A stretch of 60,493 nucleotides of DNA, counting the filler, from Stramenopiles sp. TOSAG23-3 (lineage: Eukaryota), in assembly GCA_900128585.1 (NCBI GenBank). It is 13 parts of 13 records of this genome, joined end to end, with 100 filler letters (N's around TTAATTAATTAA, not from the genome) between each part and the next. Parts side by side here need not be neighbours in the genome. Positions count along the whole stretch, not along the records: positions 1 to 4,575 come from LT643774.1; positions 4,676 to 9,250 come from LT643775.1; 11 more parts are not named here. One strand, written 5' to 3'. The first letter of the stretch is position 1, and each line of letters opens with the position of its first letter. Below the pieces are notes generated by a model. It did not search any database. It had not been told where the DNA came from and saw nothing but the letters and a program-made list of their open reading frames with translations. The translations under genes were made by a program, and so were the position numbers. Shown in pieces: positions 1-9,350 of the stretch.

Positions 1-84
1 CTTCTTCTTCTTTCTTCTTCTTCTTCTTCTTCTTCTTCTTCTTCTTCTTCTTCTTCTTCTTCTTCTTTCTTCTTCTTCTCTTCT
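1..84. repeat. (CTT)n polypyrimidine microsatellite at contig start
   Basis: Near-pure cttctt/ctttctt run; similar tracts at 9051-9218, 24472-24617, 39245-39352, 41820-41906, 50019-50047, 55309-55495. Confidence 0.95.
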
Positions 85-453
85 TTATTTTTATTCATCA
101 CCCATTATTCATCCCCCTCCCATTTATTTGGTTCCGTTTTCACCCCCTTGTACTGCCTTGTTGAGTTGCTGAAAGATGGATGTGATAACAATAACTACTA
201 TAACAACACAACACTAATAATTTTATTATTATTAAAATTAAAATTATTATGTGTTGGGAGGTTTGAATGTATGTTGAACTTAGAATAATTTTAAACATCT
301 CGGAACAAAGTTTATAAACTTAATTTGCAAGGAATAAGAGAAGAACAGGGAAGGAAAAGGAAAACAGTTTATTGGATGTGTAATACATACGTGGAAACAA
401 TAATATAGTGATTCAAAGAAAAGAAGAACGTAGCTGTGTTAAGCTTTACAATA

Positions 454-1596
454 ATGATAATATTGATCAAGGCGTTCGCGCTCTTACTACTCTCCCTTCT
501 CTTGGGGACTCCCAGTGCAAACAAAATATGCTTTGAGGGGTATGTGATGGACAGATATTGTATCGATCTGGGAACGCTGCTTGACAACCCTGATGTAGGT
601 ACCCTGGAAAATCCAGAAAAGCACAGTGTCCATTGCTTGGTGGACGTCGAACGGTGTTTTGAAAGCGGGTTTGAAGTCCTTCAGGACCCCCAAGAAGGCT
701 CGGCGTCGAAACAGTACTGCCGGGCATTAACCCTTGACGCCAAAGGGAACGAGCTGGCACTCAAACTTGGGCGAGAAACCGGCGATAAGGGCGCAGGGTG
801 CAAAACTTGCACAGGCACCGGCACCTTGGGAAAGGGGTTCAGAGCCACAGTTGTGGGAACAATCGACCCCAACGACAAGACGTCCCCACCGTTGCTTACT
901 ACGGAATTGGTTCTTCCGGCCGGCGTGGGGTGTGCAAACCACTCGGGTACAAAGGTGTTTTCGACTAGCGAGTGCACGTTTGGGGCCTCGAATTCATTTA
1001 TCATTGCTCATGGGAGCCTTATGGTGTCATCTTGGGGGTTCCTCTTACCGTCCGGGGTCCTCATTGCCCACTTTCTTCGGCACCGCGATCCTCTGTGGTT
1101 TAGGCTCCACCGTCTCATTCAGGTCACGGGGATATGCTGTGCTCTCGCTGGGTTCATAATTGCAGTCACTCAATTCAACGTGTTCGGTCCAGAAAATCCT
1201 GCCCGGGCTCAGGCGCATGGATACATGGGGTGCATTGTGACAGTACTCGGGCTGCTTCAGCCGATAAACGCGTACTTTCGCCCCCACGTAAAAAAGGGCG
1301 AGCCGAAAACACCTAATCGCAAGAAATGGGAGCTTTGCCATCGGGGGTCAGGGTGGCTCGCCGTTACTCTTGCTGTTCCTACTATTTGTCTAGGAACCAC
1401 CCTTGCGGGTTTGGTTGAGGTGCCGTTTCAGATCACCTACGGAGTCTTGGCGTTTTTCCTTGTGGTTGCCATTGCTTTGCTGTACCACGATCGAAAGTTA
1501 TCAGGACTGGACGTCTCAGACACGGCAGCGGTGAGTGAAGTGGGAGAGGCTGTGTCCCCCAAAATAAGTTTAGTCAATAATGGCAGAAGCCGATAA
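454..1596 (+). CDS. Cytochrome b561 / ferric-chelate-reductase-like membrane protein with signal peptide and Cys/His-rich N-terminal extracellular domain
   Basis: ATG at 454, hydrophobic signal peptide; four b561 heme His in expected contexts (IIAHGSLM, WFRLHRLIQ, QAHGYMG, WELCHRGSG); LLQPINAYFRP motif; about 5 TM helices. Confidence 0.85.
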   Translation: MIILIKAFALLLLSLLLGTPSANKICFEGYVMDRYCIDLGTLLDNPDVGTLENPEKHSVHCLVDVERCFESGFEVLQDPQEGSASKQYCRALTLDAKGNELALKLGRETGDKGAGCKTCTGTGTLGKGFRATVVGTIDPNDKTSPPLLTTELVLPAGVGCANHSGTKVFSTSECTFGASNSFIIAHGSLMVSSWGFLLPSGVLIAHFLRHRDPLWFRLHRLIQVTGICCALAGFIIAVTQFNVFGPENPARAQAHGYMGCIVTVLGLLQPINAYFRPHVKKGEPKTPNRKKWELCHRGSGWLAVTLAVPTICLGTTLAGLVEVPFQITYGVLAFFLVVAIALLYHDRKLSGLDVSDTAAVSEVGEAVSPKISLVNNGRSR

Positions 1597-1602
1597 ATAA
1601 AG

Positions 1603-1932
1603 TAAAAACAAAAAATTGGCTGTTATTAAAATCACAGGAGCAGAAGAAATAGTTTTGCAGTACATGTGAAGGAACGTAAACCTTTAATGGACACAAGGAG
1701 CAGATTTATTTTACCAGCACACGAGGATGATAAATTTTACATAGGTACGAAGTGATATTTACTTAAAATACCAGCCAGTTTTTTGTTTAAAAACAAATAT
1801 AAATTGAACTCAAACTGAAAAGAAAACAAAAACACAAGTGTTTAAAAATTCAGTAGATTCATTTTCGCGGTACATGAGGACAGATAAATTCTAATTACTT
1901 TTAAAATAACAGCCAAAGTTTTTTGTTCTTAA
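1603..1932. mobile_element. Dispersed 3'-flank repeat family, compound copy (fixed end at 1603-1627; opposite-orientation ends at ~1767-1790 and ~1905-1932)
   Basis: TAAAAACAAAAAATTGGCTGTTATT end motif plus internal GGAGCAGA..TT(C/T)GC(A/G)GTACA blocks shared with 27451-27718, 34339-34667, 43386-43564. Confidence 0.75.
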
Positions 1933-2009
1933 TAAATCAGTTTATAAAAATTTCACAGCCATCATTTTGTATTCAAAATGTTTTCTTTTTTAATTACAAA
2001 AAGTCTTTT

Positions 2010-4574
2010 TTAATCCGCATTTTTTTTGACCAAACCCTTCCTTCCCTTTCGCACTTTGTCAAATGAAAACATTTCGTGTGAACTTCCAGTCAAGATGAGC
2101 TCGGCTTGTGCTGGAACACCTTCGGCTGCCCCGCGGACACCAAACTCAACCTTGTACGTTCCAGGGAGAAGGGTCTGCGCCCCGCTTTTGTCTACAACCG
2201 ACAAGACCGATGCAACAACACCAAGATGAACAACAACGGACGCCCCAGGTTTCAGCGGTCCCACTCTGGCAAAGTCAAACAATTCTTTGTTTACTGGGGC
2301 ATCAGGATGGTCGCTCGATACAAACCCAAGCACGGAACATTCGCTTTCCACGTTACCCGTGTTTGTGACTTTAATATCGTAGCCAGCAGGAGACATAGGC
2401 TTTTCGTCAGATTTGTAGTACATTCGATCGTGTTCAATCAGCGATTCCACCGATGCAGAGACTGAGCGTGCACTAGAAACATCAAATGTAAACGTTGTGT
2501 AGCTCAAGCCAAAGCCGAATTCCCACAACGGTTTTCCAGTGTAGTACTTGTACGTAATTCCGCCTTTGCAACGAAGGCACATGTCTGATATGTTGCGTGC
2601 CTTGATGATGTCTTTCGGGTACACAAGCGTTGTTAAACGGCCGGCAGGCGAAATGTCCCCGTACAAAGCTGACGCAATCGCATCACCACCCATTTCTCCT
2701 GGGTAATGGGCATCCAGTATGGACGGCACATTTGCTTGTGTCCATTCAATCGAAAGGGGGGCACCATGAATAAGGACCACCACCGTCTTTGGGTTTGCTT
2801 TGTACACAGCCTCGATCAGCGCCTCTTGGTGACCCGGTAGTCCAGTGATGTGACGATCCCAACCTTCATCTTCGCGTGCATCGCTAGTGTCGTTCTTCAT
2901 TTGGCCTGGCGTCAAACCAACAAAGACAATTGCAATGTCCGCTTTTTTTGCAAGAGCCACGGCGTCGTCAAACCCAGTTGTATCAAGGCACCCGGTCGAC
3001 CCGTCCGGGTCATCACCATCTGTTCCCACACAGCCGGGAGCATAGCCAATCACGTTTCCACGCTTAGATATGATTTGGAAAGGGGAATGCGTTTGCACCA
3101 AGCGGACATCGCCATGGTAAATGGATATCATGTCTTCTGTAGCATTGAAGTGGGGGCCTATCAATGCCACCTTGTCAGTGGAAGCCAATGGGAGGAGGGT
3201 TTCCCCCCCATCGACATTGTCGTTCTTCAAGAGGACCATGCCTTGCTCAGCCGCCGACTGGGCCAAAGCGCGGTGCTCACCGCTGTCTACTTGCATTGGG
3301 CCGTACTTGTTGATATCACGGTATTCTACCATTGACGCATCGTCCAAGAACCCGAGCATTATGTAGTGCTTTAGCACTCGCTCAAGGGCTTGGTCCAGAT
3401 CGCTTTCACTTAAAACACCTTTTTTGACCGCGGCTTCCAAGTTTACCGTGTAAAAATTACCACAGTTTAAGTCGCACCCTGCCGTGATCCCTAGAGCTGC
3501 TTGGGCAAGTGCGCTCCCGTTGTAATGCTCTTGGATGTACCGGTGAAAGGACTCGTCGCCAATCGCGCCGCAATCACTGACAACAAAACCATCAAACTGG
3601 TACTGTTCCCTTAACACACCGTTCATAAACAAGTCGTTCCCGCACGCTGGAACGTCGTTGACTGCATTGTAACTGCACATGACACTATGAACATGCGCTC
3701 CCTCGGCTGCTGCACGCCATGCCGGAAAGTAAAACTCGACTTGGTCCTGATCGTTTACCACTGCATTAAAGGCCCCGCGATCAACTGCGCCGTTGCCTTC
3801 CACGTCATAGTCTGCAAAGTGTTTCCCCGTTGATACTACCTTAAGGTACTTTTCCTGCTCCCCTTCTTGCATGCCCCGTGACCAGTGCATGACGTATTCA
3901 CCGTTTAAAAACGGATCTTCCCCTGGCGTTTCTTGCCCACGCCCCCATCTTGGGTCCCGGAACAAGTTAATATCTGGCGCCCAAAACGCTAACCCAGCAT
4001 TGCCTTGGTTGTTCAAAGACCTGCCTTCCGTTGAAATTGCTTCTCCCACTCGAGACCACAGCGAACGGTTGAATGACGACCCCAACAAAAGTGCGTGGGG
4101 AAACGACGTCGCGCAGCCAGTGGAGTTGCTCCCGTCGGGCTGGTTCTGGGCCGTGGCGCCACAAGGGGCCATGACTCCGTGCAACGCTTCGGAGTATTGA
4201 AAATTGGGGAGTCCCAACCGTTTCGAGCCTGGGTTATGGTTGTTCAGGTTCAGCACTTTTTCAACCAAAGCCATGCGCGAGATAAGATCTTTTGCTCTCT
4301 CTTCTGCGCCCAAGTTTGGGTCGCAGTACGGGTGTTTATTCAACGGAGGCTGTTGGCAGTTCAGGTAACTGACGTCCGTCCCCGCATCGAGGCACAAGTC
4401 CGTTGTCCCGTCCCGGCCCTTGATTGAGAGAGTCCCCACATTTTCATCGTACGTCCACCCCGTTGCCTTTTCGCAAGACTGCATAAAAACGGACGCTGCA
4501 AAGAGCTGCGAACTGACAGATAGGCACGCATATCCCGTAGTGTTTTCGTTTGCAATAAACTTCACAACATTTGA
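2010..4574 (-). CDS. Glycoside hydrolase family 3 beta-xylosidase/arabinofuranosidase-like, 5'-truncated, with partial ricin-B-like N-terminal module
   Basis: WAPDINLFRDPRWGRGQETPGEDP, KHFADY, MCSYNAVN, VVSDCGAI (nucleophile Asp), FGFGLSYTTF, C-terminal Fn3-like domain; frame open to contig edge. Confidence 0.93.
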   Translation of the reverse strand, partial: SNVVKFIANENTTGYACLSVSSQLFAASVFMQSCEKATGWTYDENVGTLSIKGRDGTTDLCLDAGTDVSYLNCQQPPLNKHPYCDPNLGAEERAKDLISRMALVEKVLNLNNHNPGSKRLGLPNFQYSEALHGVMAPCGATAQNQPDGSNSTGCATSFPHALLLGSSFNRSLWSRVGEAISTEGRSLNNQGNAGLAFWAPDINLFRDPRWGRGQETPGEDPFLNGEYVMHWSRGMQEGEQEKYLKVVSTGKHFADYDVEGNGAVDRGAFNAVVNDQDQVEFYFPAWRAAAEGAHVHSVMCSYNAVNDVPACGNDLFMNGVLREQYQFDGFVVSDCGAIGDESFHRYIQEHYNGSALAQAALGITAGCDLNCGNFYTVNLEAAVKKGVLSESDLDQALERVLKHYIMLGFLDDASMVEYRDINKYGPMQVDSGEHRALAQSAAEQGMVLLKNDNVDGGETLLPLASTDKVALIGPHFNATEDMISIYHGDVRLVQTHSPFQIISKRGNVIGYAPGCVGTDGDDPDGSTGCLDTTGFDDAVALAKKADIAIVFVGLTPGQMKNDTSDAREDEGWDRHITGLPGHQEALIEAVYKANPKTVVVLIHGAPLSIEWTQANVPSILDAHYPGEMGGDAIASALYGDISPAGRLTTLVYPKDIIKARNISDMCLRCKGGITYKYYTGKPLWEFGFGLSYTTFTFDVSSARSVSASVESLIEHDRMYYKSDEKPMSPAGYDIKVTNTGNVESECSVLGFVSSDHPDAPVNKELFDFARVGPLKPGASVVVHLGVVASVLSVVDKSGAQTLLPGTYKVEFGVRGAAEGVPAQAELILTGSSHEMFSFDKVRKGRKGLVKKNAD

Positions 4575-4575
4575 G

Positions 4576-4675
4576 NNNNNNNNNNNNNNNNNNNNNNNNN
4601 NNNNNNNNNNNNNNNNNNNTTAATTAATTAANNNNNNNNNNNNNNNNNNNNNNNNNNNNNNNNNNNNNNNNNNNN
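4576..4675. other. Artificial contig linker (44N-TTAATTAATTAA-44N); also at 9251, 13924, 18592, 23259, 27926, 32591, 37253, 41907, 46558, 51206, 55852
   Basis: Identical 100-nt spacer with stops in all six frames; contig lengths descend from 4575 to 4542. Confidence 0.99.
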
Positions 4676-4843
4676 TACTATATGTATTGGTGGTGGAACA
4701 AAAATTGTTTATAAATGTGTGGTTTATCATTGTATAAACAGGATCAATACTAGACGCAGCAGGTGGATTGTTCAGTGCGTACATTTATACAATAATATTA
4801 GTTCATACGTTTGGTTGCAGTTGCAGTATTAAAGAGAACAACA

Positions 4844-5785
4844 ATGAACGTTGTCCAGGACAGTGCATGCAATTGCGAGTTGACGAAAACGCCTTTGTGC
4901 GAACCGTCTGGCCATGCAATGGAGAAGAAGGCAGCGGAAAATTACGTAATCAAATTTGAAACAACACAAGGAGATTTTGAAGTAGAAGTTCGGAGGGCAT
5001 GGGCTCCGAACGGTGCGGATAGAGTGTTCAATTTAGTCCGCCTAGGTTTTTTTACAAATACAGCATTTTACAGAACTATCCACCGCCCAGCGTGTAATAA
5101 GGACTGGGTCGTTCAGTTCGGGGTCAGTTCGGATCCAAGGGTGTCTTGCATTTATAACGCAAACGATGGGTCAGTCCCGGCCCCCGGGGCCATAATTCCC
5201 GACGATCCTGTGTACCCTGGGCTGTCAAACACGGCCGGCGTTTTGAGCTTTTCTGCAGTCTTGGACCAGGAACGTGGTGGTTTTGCCTGCAACCGCACCA
5301 CCGAACTGTACATTTCGTATAAAAACAACAGTATGTTGGACAAATTTGGATTTGCGCCGGTAGGCAAGGTGATGAAGGATGGAATGCAAGTCGTCAGAAA
5401 GTTGTATGCAGGGTATGGTGAGATGGAAGACGCGTGTGATTTACACGGTTACACACCGTGCAAAGGTCCTTTGACATCGAAACTGTACGCCGAGGGACTT
5501 TCGTACCTGAAACAGGACTTCCCGAAACTAGACTACATCAAACAAGCCACCATTCTAAAATCCGTGCGTCCGGGGGGGGGCGACAACTTGTTGTTGATGA
5601 TAGTGGTACTGGGGGTTGCATTTACCATTCTTGGGGTGCTTAGATGGATCCATAGTGGAGACCGACTGAATATATGCTGCCCCCGAGTGGAACAGAGACC
5701 TGACGAAGCGGCAGAGTACAACGAAATCAGCGTTGCGTTGGTGGAATCGCAACACAAGGCAAATGGCCCGGGCGACAATATTTAG
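4844..5785 (+). CDS. Cyclophilin-type peptidyl-prolyl isomerase with C-terminal transmembrane helix
   Basis: FETTQGDFEVEVRRAWAPNGADRVFNLVRLGFF, FYR catalytic Arg, VVQFG, LDKFGFAPVGKV, FPKLDYI; TM LLLMIVVLGVAFTILGVL; true start uncertain. Confidence 0.85.
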   Translation: MNVVQDSACNCELTKTPLCEPSGHAMEKKAAENYVIKFETTQGDFEVEVRRAWAPNGADRVFNLVRLGFFTNTAFYRTIHRPACNKDWVVQFGVSSDPRVSCIYNANDGSVPAPGAIIPDDPVYPGLSNTAGVLSFSAVLDQERGGFACNRTTELYISYKNNSMLDKFGFAPVGKVMKDGMQVVRKLYAGYGEMEDACDLHGYTPCKGPLTSKLYAEGLSYLKQDFPKLDYIKQATILKSVRPGGGDNLLLMIVVLGVAFTILGVLRWIHSGDRLNICCPRVEQRPDEAAEYNEISVALVESQHKANGPGDNI

Positions 5786-5786
5786 T

Positions 5787-5850
5787 TAAAAACAAAAAAT
5801 TGGCTGTTATTTTTTTAGAGTAATTTAAAACAAGAAAATTGGCAGTAATT
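5787..5850. mobile_element. Dispersed 3'-flank repeat, end motif only (exact copy plus degenerate second copy)
   Basis: TAAAAACAAAAAATTGGCTGTTATT begins 1 nt after the cyclophilin stop; ttaaaacaagaaaattggcagtaattt follows. Confidence 0.7.
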
Positions 5851-6215
5851 TAAAATATACATTTAAAAAGNNNNNNATTGCAGATCCTCCCCAAGTTCTG
5901 GTCAAGATTCCAATGTGATTGGTCTTAATAAAGAGTATATTTAAAGTTAAAAAGTGTAAAAAAAAGAATTTATTTTTCTGTAACAACATATGATAATACG
6001 AAGGACTAAGTGCAAAATTTGCCAAAATATGGGCCTGTTGTTTTTATTCGTATTTATATAAAGTTATGTGACTGTTTGAAAAATTTATAAATTTACACCT
6101 CTTGCACCCACATTGGCACTAAGCGCGACCTGTGTAGCAACACACCACCATGGTTTACACAACGACGCCTCCGTCCTCTACTCATTTCTTTCTCAGTTTC
6201 TTAAAACTAAACGCT

Positions 6216-8741
6216 TTACCGCCTTCTTCTCTTTTTGTTGCCGCTTTTTTTCACGCTAGCTTTGCCTTCAATCCTCAACCCGGGGATTCCCTTCAACCCC
6301 ATCCTTCCGACAGTTGATGCAAAAAGTGTGGGGGGCTCTCGCAGCAAAAGGCACCCTTTTGCGAATACGTTAGCGTGCTCTACTAGGTCATTCTTGTCCC
6401 ACTTTAACCGTCTCACATTGCCGTGGTAGTATCCGAGCCAAGTCTGGTACGCCATCGAGGAGGTTCTCGCCGGTAGCTTGTACAGTGCCCCCGCCACGCT
6501 CGACTTCGCAGCCTCCATCGCAGGACCGGCAACGGCGGGCCGCATTTTCATCGGCTCGTCGCGGCATTCGTCCAAAAAGTGCTTTTCAAATTCGGCAAGA
6601 AGAAGAATGCCACACCCGCCTTTGCCCGCGCGTCCCGTCCGCCCCAAGCGGTGAATATACTGGGCCTTGTCGCTTGGTATCCCCACTTGAATTACCATCG
6701 ATACGTCGGGGTAGTCCATCCCGCGCGCAGACACGTCGCTTGTGAACAAAATCATGTTTTTCCCATTCCGAAATTTTTTGGAAATTTTCGTGCGGGCTCC
6801 TTGGGACTTTCTGGAGTGAATTTCAAGAACGTTTTCCCCCATCAAATTGAACAGCTCTGCGCCGAGTTGGGTCAAGCGCGCCGTGACGAAGAAAACAATG
6901 ATTTTGTAGCCCCCTGGACTTTTCTTTCCCTCTTCAATCGCGTTCGCGAGCTGTACGAACTGCTCGTCGAAGTTGTAAACCGTTGCAAACTGGGGCACTC
7001 GCCTGTGGGTCGCCTGGTCATCTTCGCCCACGCAATCGACGTGCTGGAAGTCTGACCGCAACGCAAGCTTGGACATTTCCAGAATGTTCTTAGGCATAGT
7101 GGCAGAAAACAGCAACGTTTGCCTTTCGGCCTTCGGCGGTAGCAACTTCAGCATTTTGGTCATGTCATTCCTGAACCCCATTTCCAGGAGCTGGTCGGCT
7201 TCGTCAAATATCAAACACTTAAGCCCACCGCCACGAAGCGCGCGCGCCAGACCGTTGTTCTGCAAATGATCGTTCAAGCGGCCTGGTGTCGCCACCAAAA
7301 TGTCTGGAAAGCTGAATTGGCGGAATCGTCGAAGGTCCGTTTTCACGTTTGTACCACCGTAACAGGACTGAAGGGACAACTTTAGGTAGGTCAAGAGTTG
7401 TTTCGCTTCCTCTTCGATCTGGCAGGCAAGCTCCCTGGTCGGAGAGATGACAATGATGGAAGTTTTCCCCTTGCGTTCTTGGGGCGTTGTTGTTTGATGG
7501 ACCCGGTGAATTGCTGGAATCAAAAACCCAAGTGTTTTCCCCGTACCAGTTTTGGCCTTCACGAGGGCGTCGCCGCCTTCCACGGCGACGGGGATGGAGA
7601 GCTCTTGGCAATCCGTCATTACCTCATAGCCGAGGACATTCGCAATGGCGTCCTTGATAGGCTGGCACACCGGCAACTGGTCAAAGCGCGCGGTGCCCAG
7701 CGCAGTGCGAGTGGTAGAGCTCGTCCTACTGGTTGGGTTGTGCACCACCGGTTTCGACTGGTTTTGCGAGGCCCCCTGATCCGGCTGGTTCCTGTTGGCA
7801 TCGTCGCCCGCCGCCGCCGCGCCAACGTCGGTTCGGTTCTTAAACGCTTGGTAAAATTTAAACGGTGGGCGGTTGGGCAGAAAGGCCATTTCTGTCTCCA
7901 AGATTGGCACTGCAACATCATCTCGCCCAGCAGCACCGTGGGGCAAAAACATTGCTGCGACACGCTTGTTCATGGGGTGCTTTGTCGAGCTCGCAAACTC
8001 CTCTAGCGGCATCCAGGTCGCGTCTGCGATCTCGACTTGGTCTATGTTGATGTCTACGGTCTCAGCGTCCAAGTGGCAGATGACGTAAATATCACTTCTT
8101 CCAAAACTTAAACCGTGCTGATGCCGCAACGACAAAACACTTTGAAAACTGCTCTTTACACCCGTCTCTTCAAAAACTTCTCGCGCTGCTGCATCGCCGA
8201 ATTCCTCCCCTGCGTCGGCAAGGCCGCCCGGAAGTTTCCAACTATTCACATGGTTGGGACTGGGGTTGTTCTCCTTCACTAGTAAGATTTTATTGGTATT
8301 CTGGTCCAGCACGAAGCCGCCAACCCCGACCTGGTGGGAGCCGTGCTTTGGTATCTTATCCGGTGTGTCCTCCGGCAGCCACTTCGTCATCATGATGTAA
8401 TCGTCTTTGCAGTGGTGGTAAACAAACCCTTTCTTCCGCGCCGTCGACGACAGACACCCGGCGCCTTGGTCCAACCTCAACCAAACGCCTTTCCGGCCCG
8501 CGCGAACGTAACCTGCAATCTTCTCGTCCAACTCTTGCTCAAAACTAACTATGGAATGAGCCAGGTCGTCGCATTCGCCCGACACGCTAATTTCCACACC
8601 ATCGAATGGTCGGGGCTGTTCAGCCACAGTAAACAGGTTCTGCCCAAAGGCAAACAAAGAGTTAAACCCGCGCCAACTTCCAGGACCCCGTGCCACTTTA
8701 GCAAGCGGAGACACGCAGCGAGCCGTTCGTTGCAGGAACAT
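6216..8741 (-). CDS. Fusion protein: mitochondrial-type presequence + NUDT6-like Nudix hydrolase + Mss116/CYT-19-like DEAD-box RNA helicase
   Basis: Nudix box GLADAGEEFGDAAAREVFEETGV; NUDT6-type GFVYHH..WLP..HQVGVGGFV; helicase motifs AKTGTGKT, PTRELA, TPGRL, DEAD, SAT, ARGMD, HRLGRTGR; YQTWLGYY extension; basic tail. Confidence 0.9.
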   Translation of the reverse strand: MFLQRTARCVSPLAKVARGPGSWRGFNSLFAFGQNLFTVAEQPRPFDGVEISVSGECDDLAHSIVSFEQELDEKIAGYVRAGRKGVWLRLDQGAGCLSSTARKKGFVYHHCKDDYIMMTKWLPEDTPDKIPKHGSHQVGVGGFVLDQNTNKILLVKENNPSPNHVNSWKLPGGLADAGEEFGDAAAREVFEETGVKSSFQSVLSLRHQHGLSFGRSDIYVICHLDAETVDINIDQVEIADATWMPLEEFASSTKHPMNKRVAAMFLPHGAAGRDDVAVPILETEMAFLPNRPPFKFYQAFKNRTDVGAAAAGDDANRNQPDQGASQNQSKPVVHNPTSRTSSTTRTALGTARFDQLPVCQPIKDAIANVLGYEVMTDCQELSIPVAVEGGDALVKAKTGTGKTLGFLIPAIHRVHQTTTPQERKGKTSIIVISPTRELACQIEEEAKQLLTYLKLSLQSCYGGTNVKTDLRRFRQFSFPDILVATPGRLNDHLQNNGLARALRGGGLKCLIFDEADQLLEMGFRNDMTKMLKLLPPKAERQTLLFSATMPKNILEMSKLALRSDFQHVDCVGEDDQATHRRVPQFATVYNFDEQFVQLANAIEEGKKSPGGYKIIVFFVTARLTQLGAELFNLMGENVLEIHSRKSQGARTKISKKFRNGKNMILFTSDVSARGMDYPDVSMVIQVGIPSDKAQYIHRLGRTGRAGKGGCGILLLAEFEKHFLDECRDEPMKMRPAVAGPAMEAAKSSVAGALYKLPARTSSMAYQTWLGYYHGNVRRLKWDKNDLVEHANVFAKGCLLLREPPTLFASTVGRMGLKGIPGLRIEGKASVKKSGNKKRRRR

Positions 8742-9050
8742 CTACAAATATTATAATATACTACTTCCAGGCGAACGAACGAATTCTATTGAAACCTAGT
8801 ACTAGTCTATCTCTCTCTCTCTCATTCCCAATACCATTTCTATTCTTGTACTCCTCTGTTGCACATATGAAGAAATTGTTTGTTGTCTCTTTATTACGAC
8901 AAAAAAATTCAACCAGACATATTTTTTTTGTGTTGCCTTGGGTATTATAGTATAGTAGTAGTATGTACAAGGGAATACACTTTATTCGAAGAACAATATA
9001 CAAGAACACACCATCTATAATCAACCAACCACAAATAAAAAAATAATAAA

Positions 9051-9218
9051 AGAAGAAGAAGAAAAGAGAAAGAAGAAGAAGAAGAAGAAGAAGAAGAAGA
9101 AGAAGAAGAAGAAGAAGAAGAAGAAGAAGAAGAAAGAAGAAGAAAAGAAGAAAAGAAGAAGAAAAGAAGAAAAGAAGAAAAGAAGAAAAGAAGAAAAGAG
9201 AAAGAAGAAAAGAAGAAG
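9051..9218. repeat. (GAA)n polypurine microsatellite
   Basis: Long agaagaaga/aaaagaag run upstream of the minus-strand Nudix-helicase gene. Confidence 0.95.
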
Positions 9219-9350
9219 AGCCAATATCAAACAGGGCACAGCGTAGATACNNNNNNNNNNNNNNNNNNNNNNNNNNNNNNNNNNNNNNNNNNNNTTAATT
9301 AATTAANNNNNNNNNNNNNNNNNNNNNNNNNNNNNNNNNNNNNNNNNNNN

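Noticed and set aside
9021-9239. Poly-Phe / poly-Lys ORFs (also 24401-24664, 55287-55604)
   Set aside because: Translations of microsatellites
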